Below are positions 40,565-52,820 of a DNA stretch of 64,000 nucleotides, piece by piece. Under the pieces are notes generated by a model. That model ran no database searches and was not told the DNA's origin. It saw nothing but the letters and a program-made list of their open reading frames with translations. Every line of letters begins with the position of its first letter. Within the stretch, counting starts at the first letter, position 1. Position numbers and translations under genes: made by a program. Source of the stretch: Negaprion brevirostris (lineage: Eukaryota); contig JARDVH010000169.1 in NCBI GenBank assembly GCA_030324005.1, forward strand, positions 12,935,571 to 12,999,570. The letters run 5' to 3'.

Positions 40565-40890
40565 AGTGGTACAGTGGTTAGAGCTGCTGTCTCACAGTGC
40601 CAGGGACCTGGGTTCAATTTTGGCCTTGGATGACTGTGCGGAGTCTGCACATTCTCCCTGTGTGGATGCTCCAGTTTCCTCCCACAGTCAAAAGATGTGC
40701 AGATTAGATGGATAGGCCATGCTAAATTGCCCCTTAGTGTCCAAAGATATGTAGGTTAGGTGGATTAATCATGGTAAATATGCAGGGGTATGGGGGTTGT
40801 GCGAAGTGGGGATGGGCCTGGGAAAGGGGCTCTTTTGGGCAGTTGGTGCAGACCCAATTGGCTTTTTCAGCACTGTAGGGATTCTTTGCT
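40565..40890 (+). mobile_element. tRNA-derived V-SINE (HE1-like)
   Basis: gtggtacagtggttagagc (A box), gggttcaatt (B box), ctccagtttcctcccacagtcaaaagatgtgca, tail cactgtagggattct. Confidence 0.88.
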
Positions 40891-40894
40891 TCAG

Positions 40895-41825
40895 GAGAGC
40901 ATAGAGAGTCTAGTAAAATAGGGAGAAACGTGGCAGGTGAAATTTAATGCTGTAAAGTGTGATGTGATACATTTTGATGGGGAGAAAGAGAGTCCTCTTT
41001 CCCTCCAAAGACAGAAAGGGAGTAATATGAGGTAAATAGTACAAATTCCAAGGTGGTACAGGAACAGAGCAACCCAAGAGCGCATGTGCATAAAGCTTTG
41101 GAGAAGATAGCAAAACAAATGGAGATGTTAGAAAAGCTTATGGGATCCTTGGGTTGATTAACAGAGAAAAATAATACCAAAGGAAGGAAGTTACCTAAAT
41201 CTTTTTAAAAGAAACTGGTGAGGAGGAAGGATGTCAAGGTCTTGAAGGTGAAGAAGAAATAGATCAGTGACAAGGGACTTGTTGGGAGACACTGAGGTTT
41301 TTCTCCTTAAAACAGGAAAGGTTTAGAAGAAATTTGACAGAGGTGTTCAAAATCCTGAAGGGTTTGCAGTGAGTAAACACAGCAAGAGACTATTTCAGTG
41401 ACAACTGGTTAGTACATCAAATAAGCAATAGGCAATATGAGAAACTTGTTTTCAGCAGTGAATTGTGATATGAAATGCACTCCCTGAAAAGATGGTGAAA
41501 GTAGATTTAACAGTAACATTCAAAAGAGAACTGGATTAGTACAAGGAGGTTAAAAAAAATACACAGCCATAAGGATGGAGTATGGGAGTGGGATTAATTG
41601 GGTAGATCTACCAAAGAACCAATACAAGCACCATGGGTTAAATAGTCTTCTGTGTTGGATCATGTTATGATTCTATGGACACGTATTGGCATAGGTATGA
41701 ACAGCAGGTAATAATAGAATTGGGCTGAGCTGTACAAATAGCATAGGTAAAAGGCATTGAAGTGTCCAATCAGCCATGATCATATTGAATAGTGAAGTGA
41801 GCTTGATGGGCTGAATGGCCTACTC
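40895..41825 (+). mobile_element. Old CR1 3' fragment plus short CR1 3' end
   Basis: tggcaggtgaaatttaatgctgtaaagtgtgatgtgatacatttt (WQVKFNAVKC), gaggtgttcaaaatcctgaagggtt, gggctgaatggcctactcct. Confidence 0.75.
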
Positions 41826-42343
41826 CTACTCCAATGTTTCTTAGGTCAGTCCTGTGTCCCTAATGCATTTGCAATTATTTAGATGCCTCTAATTGTTAGC
41901 CTGAAGGTGCAGAACAATTCAACAGAATTTCACACTATTGCTTGCAGGGTACTTTAACTTTATTAGTGCTTGCAATGCTGGAATGTAGATTCATTGCTCT
42001 CCCTCTGTAACACTTGTATCGTTTTGCCAGCAAGAGGAATTACTTTTTCCTTTCCTCTAACAAATCCGCAAGCATCAATGAGAATTGTACTTAACTCTTA
42101 ATCCACATTCTCTCTTCAATCTGTACACAACATCTTCGACTTCTTCCTTAAACTATTTAACTGGATTATGGCAATCCAGCTCAACTCTCAGTAAAATCAA
42201 CTTTCACCCAAACTCCTCGTCATTTAAACTAATCTTTTTTTTAAAGCCTTCTGAATAGAAAACAATCCTTTCTCTTCACCAATTGCTCAGCTGGTAAAGG
42301 CACTGTGGTGTATAGTACTGAACTACACATAGTAGGAGGATCC

Positions 42344-42515
42344 CTTGTATTAAGTTGATCTTGCTCTACACCCTAGCTACGACTGTAACACTACATTCTG
42401 CACCCTCCTCTCCCTCTCCCCTACGTAGTCTCTGAATGGTATGCTTTGTCAGTATAGCGTGCAAAAAAAATACTTTTCACTGTACATGTACATGCAACAA
42501 TAATAAATCAAATAA
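42344..42515 (+). mobile_element. Rex1/Babar-type 3' UTR fragment (same family as 5500-5850)
   Basis: Similar to 5680-5845: attaagttgatct...accctagcta.gactgtaa.actaca...gtatgctttgtc...aatacttttca. Confidence 0.75.
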
Positions 42516-42540
42516 AAAGATCTCATGTTCAATGTCATAA

Positions 42541-43148
42541 TGATGGAGAAAAGCTTTGGAAATACACATGGAAATACTGGACATTAAAAAACACCTGGGG
42601 TTTCAGGGTAGAGTTTTGATTAAATTGATTGACAGAGACAGAGTCATGTGTTAAAGGAGGAGCTAAGCTTGCAGGAAAGAAAGGGTTTCAGTTTTATTTT
42701 AAAATACAAGCAGTTGCTGCCTGGACTGCCAGAAGAAAGCAGTGGCTCTCTCTCTCTCTCTCTCTCTAAAAAGGCCTCTTTGAGAGCTCCAGAGCTGATA
42801 CCCAAGTCACAGCAAGTATGTTTATATTTTGCTAACTAATTTTAAAGAGGGGGTTTAAGTCTGTAAGAGGATAATTTGCTTGAAGTGGAACTCACAGTGA
42901 TCGGTTAGCAGTTAAGATTTGCATCTCGTCATATTTAATTAGTATTAAATTGTTAAAGGTTAAACTAATTCATTTGTTTTCGTTAAACTGTGGTATCAAA
43001 TAAAAACTGTTTTGATAAAAGCATCCTGGTTTGAACCTGGAGTGAAACATCTTTTCCTCACACTAAATAGAAGGCCAAAATAAAAAAGTTGTTGAGGTCC
43101 ATCAGGCTTCATAACATACCTTGGGGTTTCTGATCTGGTACTCTAACA
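42541..43148 (+). mobile_element. Solo LTR (608 bp, TG...CA) with 4-bp TSD ATAA
   Basis: ataa|TGatggag ... ctctaaCA|ataa; internal (CT)n and AATAAA near 43000. Confidence 0.7.
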
Positions 43149-43409
43149 ATAATGTCATACAGCAGGGATTCTGTCTGGCTGAAAATTGTTGCATTGAAAT
43201 TTTCAAATTGGCTCCTTATGTCACAAAGTTGTCCCACTGCATAACTTGAGTATATAATTCAGATTGACAGTTCGATGCAGCTCTGAGAATGTTCAGCGTT
43301 CTCAGAGGGCTCTGCTTGTCTGCTCAGTCATCTTCGGTCCTCCAAACAAAGCATGTCTAAGATAATCCTGCGGACTGTTAAGTGTCTGATTCACAATTTG
43401 GGCTTCTTA

Positions 43410-43544
<135 letters not shown>

Positions 43545-44280
43545 TCAGCAACATTCAGAATCCATGTAACCACAAGCTCTTACTTAGATTTGGAAACAGT
43601 TTAAATAGAGAACAAAGAGAAGAATTTCTGCTATTGGAGTCTCATCTGCTGGGAAGTGCAGATTAGAATTTATGGCTCATTGTGCATGTAAACGAAAGAT
43701 GTCTCACAACTCAATAGCTACACGATGCTTCTGTCAAAAGTCTTCCCCTTAGGTCTTAATTAATATGAGGATATGATCTGCCACGCATTTGAAAAAAAAA
43801 ACACCTGGCCTTGTGAGCATCAGTTTCGACACAGTAAACACATAACAGAGATATACAGAGGAAGGAGCCTTTGGAACTCCTGCACTCTGGTTGATTACAG
43901 TATCTTGTTGAAATGGAATGTTGGCTGCTTCTCTGCTATCTCGGTGTTACAGTGGAATATACAGGAAAAATTAAACTTGACATTGCTTAGAAGTACCAGC
44001 CATCTCATGTCACTTGCATACCGTGGTATGACGTGCCTATAAACGACCCAGTGTGTAGTCTGAGTTTCACAATGCATCAAGTTCCAAACAAGAGAACTGG
44101 TGCAAAATTCAAACACTAAAATTATCTAACATTCAGCTACTGCACGGCTAAGACATCAAAGGAAATATTCCTTAATAATCTTGGTATTGAGTGTGGAAAG
44201 AGCAAGAGATGGAGAAGATGAAGAAACTGAGGTAACGCAGTAGTCTGAAGTTTTAACAAAATAATGCAAGCAATAATATA

Positions 44281-44488
44281 CAACAAAAATGGAAAATCTC
44301 AGCAGGTCTGACAGCACCTGTGGAGAGAGAACAAACCCAATGTTTTGAGTCTGGATGACCCTTCGTCAGGAACAAGACTCAAAATGTTGGCTCTATTCTC
44401 CCTCCACATATGCTGTCAGGCCTGCTGAGATTGTCCAGCATTTTCTGTTTTGTTTCAGATTCCAGCACCCACAGTATTTTGCTTTTGT
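44281..44488. mobile_element. Penelope-type short palindromic element with hammerhead-like core
   Basis: Inverted arms ~44291-44352 and ~44375-44437; minus strand 44369-44342 reads CTGACGA-A-GGGTC-atcca-GACTC-AAAAC. One-armed relatives at ~16560-16640, 20765-20865, 46755-46850 and 58455-58625. Confidence 0.7.
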
Positions 44489-46904
44489 TGAAGAATAATA
44501 TTATTTAGCAATGGTGCTAACAGAGAGGCCATGCAAATCAAGTGGAAGTAAGGAATATAGACATCTTGTTTTCACCCAGTTAGTTGCCAATGGATTGAGT
44601 ATTATGGAAGGTAGAGGTTTTACATGGCACAGAAAAACAGGTCCGCCCAATGTTCAATATATTAGCTGTCAAGACATAACTTTATATTTAGCAACTTTTT
44701 GTACTCGTTCAACAATTTGAGCTATCGTATTTCCAGAAATACATTGTGATATCAAGAAAGAAAGTTAATTTATCACTTCAGTGAAAGGTTATTTGAGAAG
44801 ATGCTTCCAAAGGAAATTAGTAACTCAATTTTGATGATTTCAGCAATAAAAATGCAACCCTCTTAGAATATCAGACAAATGATGCCAGAATTGGCTGAGG
44901 CAGTTAGCAGATAGATCACAGTGTCTTGCCTTTAAAATATGAGATAAATTATGTGAGCTAACATCCTGGCACAGAGCCTGCCTTGTTGATGGAACTGGGG
45001 AGGGAAGGAGACTGATGATCAGGCATGGAGAACACCACTCTAATTTATGCCCCTGCTCCCCCCATTCCTGCACCCTCCTCAAAACTGCAATTGCCTGATC
45101 TTTGTAAATGACAACCAGAAACTGAAAGGTCGACAAACTGGTACTGCCAATTTACCATACCCACTTTGCCTGATCCACACTTCTGATAGTGCTTACTCTC
45201 AAAATGTACCCTATAAAGTAATAAGAAGATATCAACAAATGAACACATACAAAATTATAATCCCAATACAGGGTAAACAGAGATTGGTCATATTTGACCA
45301 TCTTTTGAAACAACCTGAGTACTTTTTACTCTGATGTGGTTCACAACTAATGTGATGTGAAAATAAAAATACTAATTTGTATAAAACAGGGTATGTCATT
45401 CTTAGAAATCATTTTAAGAAATGGTTTTAAATGACGATACAAAATAAATATCAGTTTTGAAATTTTCCTTTAAAATGAAGCCAAGGAACTGCAAAGAATG
45501 TTTGATTATTTGTTGACAGACTAATACAGGAAACTAATCAAGAAAGAATGAGAATAAGATGATACCAACTTAATCAAACACAATTAAGCTTTAAATTGCT
45601 CTTGGTTTACACAATCAACTGTTAAACAAAAGAAAAGTACAGCACAGGAACAGGCAGCCTATGCAAATTGTATTAACTAGGACTAGACAATGCACACATG
45701 AGGAAAAGACAATTTTCATAATGCTTTCATATTTCATGTCTTNNNNNNNNNNNNNNNNNNNNNNNNNNNNNNNNNNNNNNNNNNNNNNNNNNNNNNNNNN
45801 NNNNNNNNNNNNNNNNNNNNNNNNNNNNNNNNNNNNNNNNNNACTAGACACTGCACACATGAGGAAAAGACAATTTTCATAATTCTTTCATATTTCATGT
45901 CTTGATTTATAATTGAGTCTTCAGTAAGTGCTTCAAGCCGAATCACTGCTAAATGCCTTCAAATGAAGATTCTTCTGTGAGATGTAGGTCTTAAATTACA
46001 TTAAGTCAGAAAAAGGATCATTTTTAAAGGTGCCATAGATTTTCTAAGGAAATGTAATGCAAGATGACTTGGATTACAGAGTTGGATCAAATCAGAGAGA
46101 CACTAGGATTGTTAGCAACTTGCAGTAACTGAATTCTGCAACCCAATTAGAAAAAAGTTATTACCTAAAAAGAAACAGGGTAGGAAACAGGCAGGTTCAC
46201 ATAAGGAGTTCCTACAGGATCAATTCGAAGAGTTTTTATTGATGTTAAGGCAAGGATGCAGGTTGAGAAAGCCAAATTGTGAATCTGCTGTTTCTATGGC
46301 CTCAGAAAAGGTTAAGTACCTACACCATGTGGCATTCAAGGGTACTGGCAATATAATCACTTCTGTCCCACCGTACTTGCTTTAAGGAACAGCATCGTAC
46401 AACAAGGCAGGAGGGGAAACCATAAATCCTTTCTGAGAAGTCTGGTAAGCCCTTAATTCATGTTCTGAAAGAAAAGGTTAGTTACTTCATTCCTTGGTTT
46501 GGCATACAAGAAATGACCATTGCACATTGAAGAATCAATTTAGTTATTCGCAATTATTTCATTATAACAGCAGACCATCTAATTTAGACAGGAGCAGGAA
46601 TGATCAGGTGGAACTTTCTGGTCTCATAAATGGCAAGCTTGGAGGCAAGAAGGGCCCTTACTTAAGCATGCCTGAACCTTGCCGCCTTCACAGAATTAAG
46701 CTCAGAGGGAGTAAACCCCCTGGTGAACCTTCCCACCCCACTGCCAATCTCCGACAGAGTTATCAAGACTTGAAAACATTAGCTCTGTTCTCTCTCTGTA
46801 GATGCTGTCAGATCTGCTGAGATTTTCCAGCATTTTCTGTTTTTATTAAAAACAGGACACATTTTGTTTATCCTCAAAATGAAACAAGTCACATCTTGTT
46901 AATG

Positions 46905-47260
46905 GGGCAAAGAGCAGAAGTAGGCCATTCAGCCCCTTAAACTTTAGGTCATAGCTGATCTGTGTGTTTATTATATCTATGGCCTTGATTCTGTATCTCT
47001 TAATATCGTCCTTTGATAAATGCTGACCAATTCCAATTATGAAATCTTCAATTCACACCCAACCTCTCAGCTTTGTGGAAGAGATCCAGATTTTCACTAC
47101 ATGTCTGAAGCGCCTTTCAATTTCACCCATGAATGGTCTGACTCTAATGTGAAGGGTGTTGCCTATTCTCTACAATCACACTAATAGAAAACCTATCCTT
47201 TCAGTTACCTTAAACACTTCATTAGATTACTCTTTTATATTCAAGAGGATACAAATATGT
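46905..47260 (-). mobile_element. Old CR1 3' fragment
   Basis: gagcagaagtaggccattcagcccc...atagctgatctg CR1 terminus, reversed. Confidence 0.6.
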
Positions 47261-48989
47261 GTCATAAAATACAACTGGTGATAAAGGATAGATTTGGATA
47301 GAAATCTAGTCTTCCCCATTGTCAGGTTTAGCTCAATTCATAAAGTAGCAAGTAAATACCCTTAGACACAAAAGAAAAAGCCTGGCTACAGTTGTTTAGG
47401 TACCTCAAAGATATGGGTGCCAATTAAGGCCCACTGATTCATTTGTTATTGAATTATACCAAAAATTTTCCTATTTTTGAAAAGGGGGCAAGTGAATGAC
47501 ATTTGTGAATGAAACGGTGAGCATAATTAGTCACTTGATCCTTTTAGGACCACAAATTCACCACAGAATACTACAGTGCAGAAGACATATTTTGGTCCAT
47601 TGAGTCTGCATCGACACATGAAATGTCCTGAGCTTTCCACCCAATCCCACTTGACAACACTTGGCCTAAAAGGCATGATAGAGAGAGATTGGAGATTAAT
47701 TAAAGTGAGACGGANNNNNNNNNNCAATCCTGTCAGCCAAAGTTTAGTTTCTTTCCATCCAGTTCAGAAGTGCAGAGGAAAGAGGAGTTTTCCCAGAACT
47801 AGTTAACTACAATATGCTTACTCGTGTGCTAAGGAATGGGAGAACAGGGTAGATTTCAATGGTGGCCTAAATTTATCCTAAATCACATCTGTTTTTAGTC
47901 AGTTGATTCTCAATGGACACCTTGGCCTCTTCCTCATCACTTTACAATACTGAAACTTTCCCCTAAGTCGGCTACATAGATATCAAATGATGGTTTTAGT
48001 CAATGGATGCCAATAAATCAGAAGGGAGAGGATGGAAACTTCCCATAAGACTTACAAAAGATAATGTGCACTATTTTATCTGACATGCTGGTGGGAGAAG
48101 TGAGTTTCCCCACCATGTTTACTGCATGCTTATGCTTTCCACTGGATGAACCACTATTGTCATTGCAAATACAAAGCAAATTTCATCAGGTACTTTGATT
48201 ACTTTTGTTGGGATGGTGGATCAGAACACAGTTTAACTATAGCTCAAACAAAATGAAATAGCATAATTCTTAACAATTGAACAATCTTTAAACACAAAAA
48301 GGAACTAGTTTCTAACTTATTACTATTTCAGTTCCAAGTAAGAAAGAGTCTTCCCACAGACACAAACCCTCATTAAATACAGTCAGCAAAGCTAGGCATA
48401 ATTGTTTTAAATTAGTGCAGAAAGTCCTAAAACAATGCCAGCCAGCTACTAAGAGTTTTCTCTGCTATAAAACCAGTTCCTCCCATTAATCTCATGATCA
48501 CATAACCCTGTATATCTAAACTCACATTCCATTACTTTAATCAAAAAAAAAACCAGAGGCGCTCTCAATTTATAAACAAGAGTACATTAGCCTTATGCTA
48601 AAAAAAGTTCATGGCTAAAATGAGTAATTATGTTGCTTTCTCAGCATCTAAGCTGCATTCCTTCCAAATATGCTGACTTTATGTAAAAAACTTTAAAACA
48701 TTCACCATAAACAAAAATATATCAATTGCATACTATCATCAGACTATTATAACTTGAAATCCATCCTTCCCTTCCTCTACAAAGGAAAATTCAATTTTTT
48801 AAAACCTGTTCCTCTTCCAGAAATGATTATTCATTTATTGTGGACAATGAAAGTGCTTTTGGCCTGTCCCAGAATAAATACAAGTTTGTTTATCCTGCTC
48901 TTTTAGCTCACTTTCTACACTGTAATGGAATGCGATTTCTTCAATAGCACTTTAAAAGTTAGCTATTTCAAACTAGAACAGATCCTAAG

Positions 48990-49540
48990 CTCAACACAAC
49001 AATGAGTATTATCTCAGGTACTCTCCAATCAACTCAACTCTCCTGGCTCCCAGTCCTGAGCAACATTCCACCCCCTTCCATAAGGAGGAAAGTTGCAACA
49101 ACATGGTTCCTCGAGAAAATTTACATCAACCCAGGCCTGCCTCTACACAAGGACTGTGCCAATCTGCCTATTGCTCATTTTTCATCACACCAGCCTGGAT
49201 GGCTAAGACTATCATGCCAAGGAATAACAGCAGAGGCCTATGGTAGAAGAAACGGAACCAACATGCTACCATTAAAAACCGCTTCCTCATCACAGACCCC
49301 ACAGCTTGCATATTCAGCTTCAACAAAGCCGACACTGGGCACTCCTCCCTGTTTCTGCATTGGGCCAAGGCTTCTCCCATCGGTACAAGTGGGGCCTTGC
49401 ACAGAACCCAGACTGCAGCTGTGGTGCACCCCATTCAATGACTAACATCACTGAAGACTGCCTCCTGACAAAATTCAATGGAGGGCTCAGAGAGGTCCAT
49501 TTAGCCACTGCGAAAGCTATTGCCTGGCTTAGTGACAACT
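48990..49540 (+). mobile_element. I-group (Ingi/Vingi-like) non-LTR retrotransposon 3' end with Cys/His finger
   Basis: MSIISGTLQSTQLSWLPVLSNIPPPSIRR and YKWG...PDCSCGAPHSMTNITEDC...FNGGLREVHLAT...AIAWL in two frames. Confidence 0.7.
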
Positions 49541-49559
49541 GGACAAGTATTAAATTATG

Positions 49560-50750
49560 TTTACAGCACAAAAACAGGCTATTTGATCCAACTGCTCCAC
49601 ATGGTACCAATGCTCCACACAAGCCTTCTTCCACCCTATTTCATCAAACTCCATTAACATATCTTTCTCTTCTTTTTTCACTCATCTGTTTATCTAAGCT
49701 CCTCCAATAAAACTATACTGGTCACCTCAACTGCTCGTTGTGATGGTGAGTTCCATATTCTAATCACTCTGGGTATTTTCCCACCTCACATAAATGCTGC
49801 CATTGACTGTCAGGCCATGCAGTTATTTATCACATTGAGTACATTTTGTATTCCTGTGGCTGAGGGATAAAACCAGATAATGAGTGAGTTATAGATTGAC
49901 TGGTACTTGATCCTGCACAATTCGATCGGCCAGATGTGGTTAGTTTTGGAGTTTCAGAGGAAAAGCCATCCTTTAGAAATGAGTTCTCTTGTTTTAATGA
50001 CAAGACTGGGCAATGCGTGGGTGAGAACAGAATAATTAGAGAATCAATGGGCAGTGTTCAAATTGCCTGTTATGTCAGGCAATCGGGCAGTAACACATTT
50101 AGCAGAGGTTTGTGACCCATACTATCCATCTCGGCCAACTGAAAAGAAATGTGTTATCGATTACAGAGCACAGTAAGTACAACATAGACCAAGTAACCCA
50201 ATTCATCAAAATCTCTATTAGCTTAAAAAGAACACACCATAATGTTCTTCAAAACTTAAAACAGGTAAATGCAGTAAATGTATTGTTTCTATTAGCTCAG
50301 GTAGTTGTGTAGTTTTATTCCCAATTAGCAATAAGAGTTATTCATTTATCCAGCCTTATTCATTTTTTGTTGCAGTAACACTGACTGAAATTTGCTCAGA
50401 CCACAGAGTTACATGTTACTGGAGGAGGCTATTCAGCCCATCATGCTTATGCCATTTCTTTGACAGAGTTATCCAATTCCATTCCCCTGTTCTTTCTCCT
50501 GTAACCCTGCAAATTTAGGCCTTTTCAAGTATTCATCCAATTCCCTTCTAAGACATCGCATCTGCTTCCACCACCCTTCCAGGCAAAGCATTTCAGGTTA
50601 TACACAATTTGCGACGTAAAAATAATTCTCCTCCCTCTCCACCTTTTGAAAATTCCATCAAATCCATGTCCTCTGATTACTGGGCCCCTGCTCATGGGAG
50701 CAGATTCACCCTATATACTCTTATCAAAACCTTGCATTGTTTTGAGCACA
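49560..50750 (-). mobile_element. Two old CR1 3' fragments (~49560-49780 and ~50400-50750)
   Basis: cagcacaaaaacaggctatttg...; ggaggaggctattcagcccatc...tctgcttccaccacccttccaggc. Confidence 0.6.
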
Positions 50751-51006
50751 GAATGGAGATACAGCTAAAATTTCTTCTACTTCATTCGGAATGAGGGAGA
50801 TAATACAGTTTGTAATGAACAATGCAGCCTTTCAGACCTGGAAGATATTGACTATTTCACCACACAGAGTTCCAAACAGAAATATACTGGTCATACCAGC
50901 CCTGTACAAAGTTCAATACCTGTAACTCCACTCTTGTTACAGAATGGAGATGTCCAATCTAATGAATCATTAATATAGATGTACATCATGATTCAAACTG
51001 GAACCA

Positions 51007-51300
51007 GGGCAGCACAGTGGCACAGTGGTTAGCAATGCTGCTCACAGTGCCAGGGACCAAGGTTCGATTCCCAGCTTGGCCACTGTCTGTGTGGAATTTC
51101 CACGTTCTCACTGTATCTGGGTGGGTTTCTTCCGGGTTCTCCGGTTTCCTCCCACCATCCGAAAGATGTGCTGGTTAGGTGCAGTGGCCATGCTAAATTC
51201 TCCCTCAGTGTACCCTAACAAGCGCTGGTGTGTGGTGACTGGGGGATTTTCACAGTAACTACATTGCAGTGTTAATGTAAGCTTATTTGTAATTAATAAA
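51007..51300 (+). mobile_element. tRNA-derived V-SINE
   Basis: gggcagcacagtggcacagtggttagc (A box), ggttcgattcc (B box), ctccggtttcctcccac V domain, tail ...gtgttaatgtaagc...taataaa. Confidence 0.9.
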
Positions 51301-52292
51301 TATCAAACTAAACAACAAAACAATAATTGTGATGAAGGGTAGGTTTCACATAAGTAGTGAGGAAAACCAGAATTTATAATAAACTATAACTCACAATTTT
51401 AAATTCACTGCTTGATTAATTGGCCTTAAGAAACGCAATGGCCTAAATATTTTGGAAATAATTTCAGGCTTGCAAAGCTTGAGGTCAATGATCTGGTGAA
51501 AGGCAACAGATGTTACATAAACAGCCCAATGCAACAGGACAGCCAGCTGTGTAACAACATGAGGGATATTAATCCTTGGAATGCCAATTGCATTTCTGAC
51601 CCGAGATAGGTCCCTCAGTGTAAATGTAACCTACATATTGCAATATATTTTGTGTGTGTGAGCCCATCCCTCCACTTCTCCACAGAACCATACAGTGGTT
51701 CGCATGGGAAGTAATTAATTTATGCATGATACAAAGATCATTCAGAAGGTAAAATGGAGGGCCACAGTATCAGCATTACTGAACAAAATTAATCAGTCAG
51801 GAGGGAGTAAACTGATCATCAGAAAATTAAAGTCATAAACCTGAAGTCCTGTCTGCCAGGACATGCAGATCCAAAAACAAATCCTCACAAAATTAATTGA
51901 AGATGGTCATCGACATCTGTATTTTCAAATTTTTGTCAAACTAATGGTACATAACAACTGAAAACTACCAGAAATACTACTGAAAGGAAAGGTTAAAGTT
52001 GTATTTCATTAATTTTTAGAAATCATATTGGGCAGATTGGTTTATTTCACTATCTTGACTAAAATTCAGGAGTTAAAATTCAAGGTCAAATCCCAGAGTT
52101 AGCTGGGCTCTGATGAAATCTCTGCTTTTGGGTAAGAGCAAATGTAGATCTTTAGAAATCAAATAAAACCAGAAATAACATGATCAGATGAATGGCAGCT
52201 TAACAAACAGAATTGAGGGGAAGGGTAGAATTAGACATGAAATGGTCTTTCGGAGTTATAGCCCCAACACTCTGGGCGCACAGAGTTCTTAC

Positions 52293-52509
52293 CCCAGTAA
52301 TACACCACACGGTAACAAGAGGCCAGAGAATGTTGGAAGCTGTCTTGCTCCTCTTTGTCCATGTTATGGCTGTGAGCAGCTCTGACACGGTACCCATTCT
52401 GGAAGAGATCTCCCAGTGATTTCTTGCGCCTCCTGGTACTTCGCAAGGTCTCTGTCCGTGTAGATCCATTTGGAGCACGATAGACTAAAATTTTACTTGG
52501 AATCATCAT
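52293..52509 (-). CDS. Candidate alternative first (or cassette) exon of KCNMA1 in intron 5, MMIPSK...YYW(G)
   Basis: ATG at 52509; 72 codons + 1 nt, then TGGG|gtaaga phase-1 donor compatible with exon 6; locally CpG-rich and not recognisable as a repeat. Confidence 0.3.
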
Positions 52510-52719
52510 TTGTGATGTTTCACCAGTTGATCCTGAAGAGCTGCAATGTACTTCATCCCTGTTCCTCCTGCTGATTCGTCGACATTTCAGAGTGAGTACA
52601 CAGTTTCTGCTGCTAATTCACTTCCTTTGTGTTTTCAAGTGTTTCCTCCACTATTCATTACTAAAATGTGTCCACTTCCATTGAATCTGATCAACAAAAC
52701 AGTCTTCCTAAAGATGAAA

Positions 52720-52820
52720 GAACTTGCATTCATAAAGTGCCTTTCACCACCCAAAGTGCTTTATCAGCCAACAAAGTACTTCTGAAGTACAGTCATGCTT
52801 GTAACATAGGAAACACAATT
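52720..52820 (-). mobile_element. DeuSINE/L2-type 3' tail fragment
   Basis: aacttgcattcataaagtgcctttca...cccaaagtgcttt...aagtacttctgaagtacagtca. Confidence 0.5.

Noticed and set aside
48200-48715. Possible second solo LTR (tgttggg...aaca)
   Set aside because: No matching target-site duplication found, and boundaries are undefined.
51007-51080. tRNA-like A/B boxes (also ~40565 and ~24900)
   Set aside because: No complete cloverleaf; they continue into SINE body and tail sequence.
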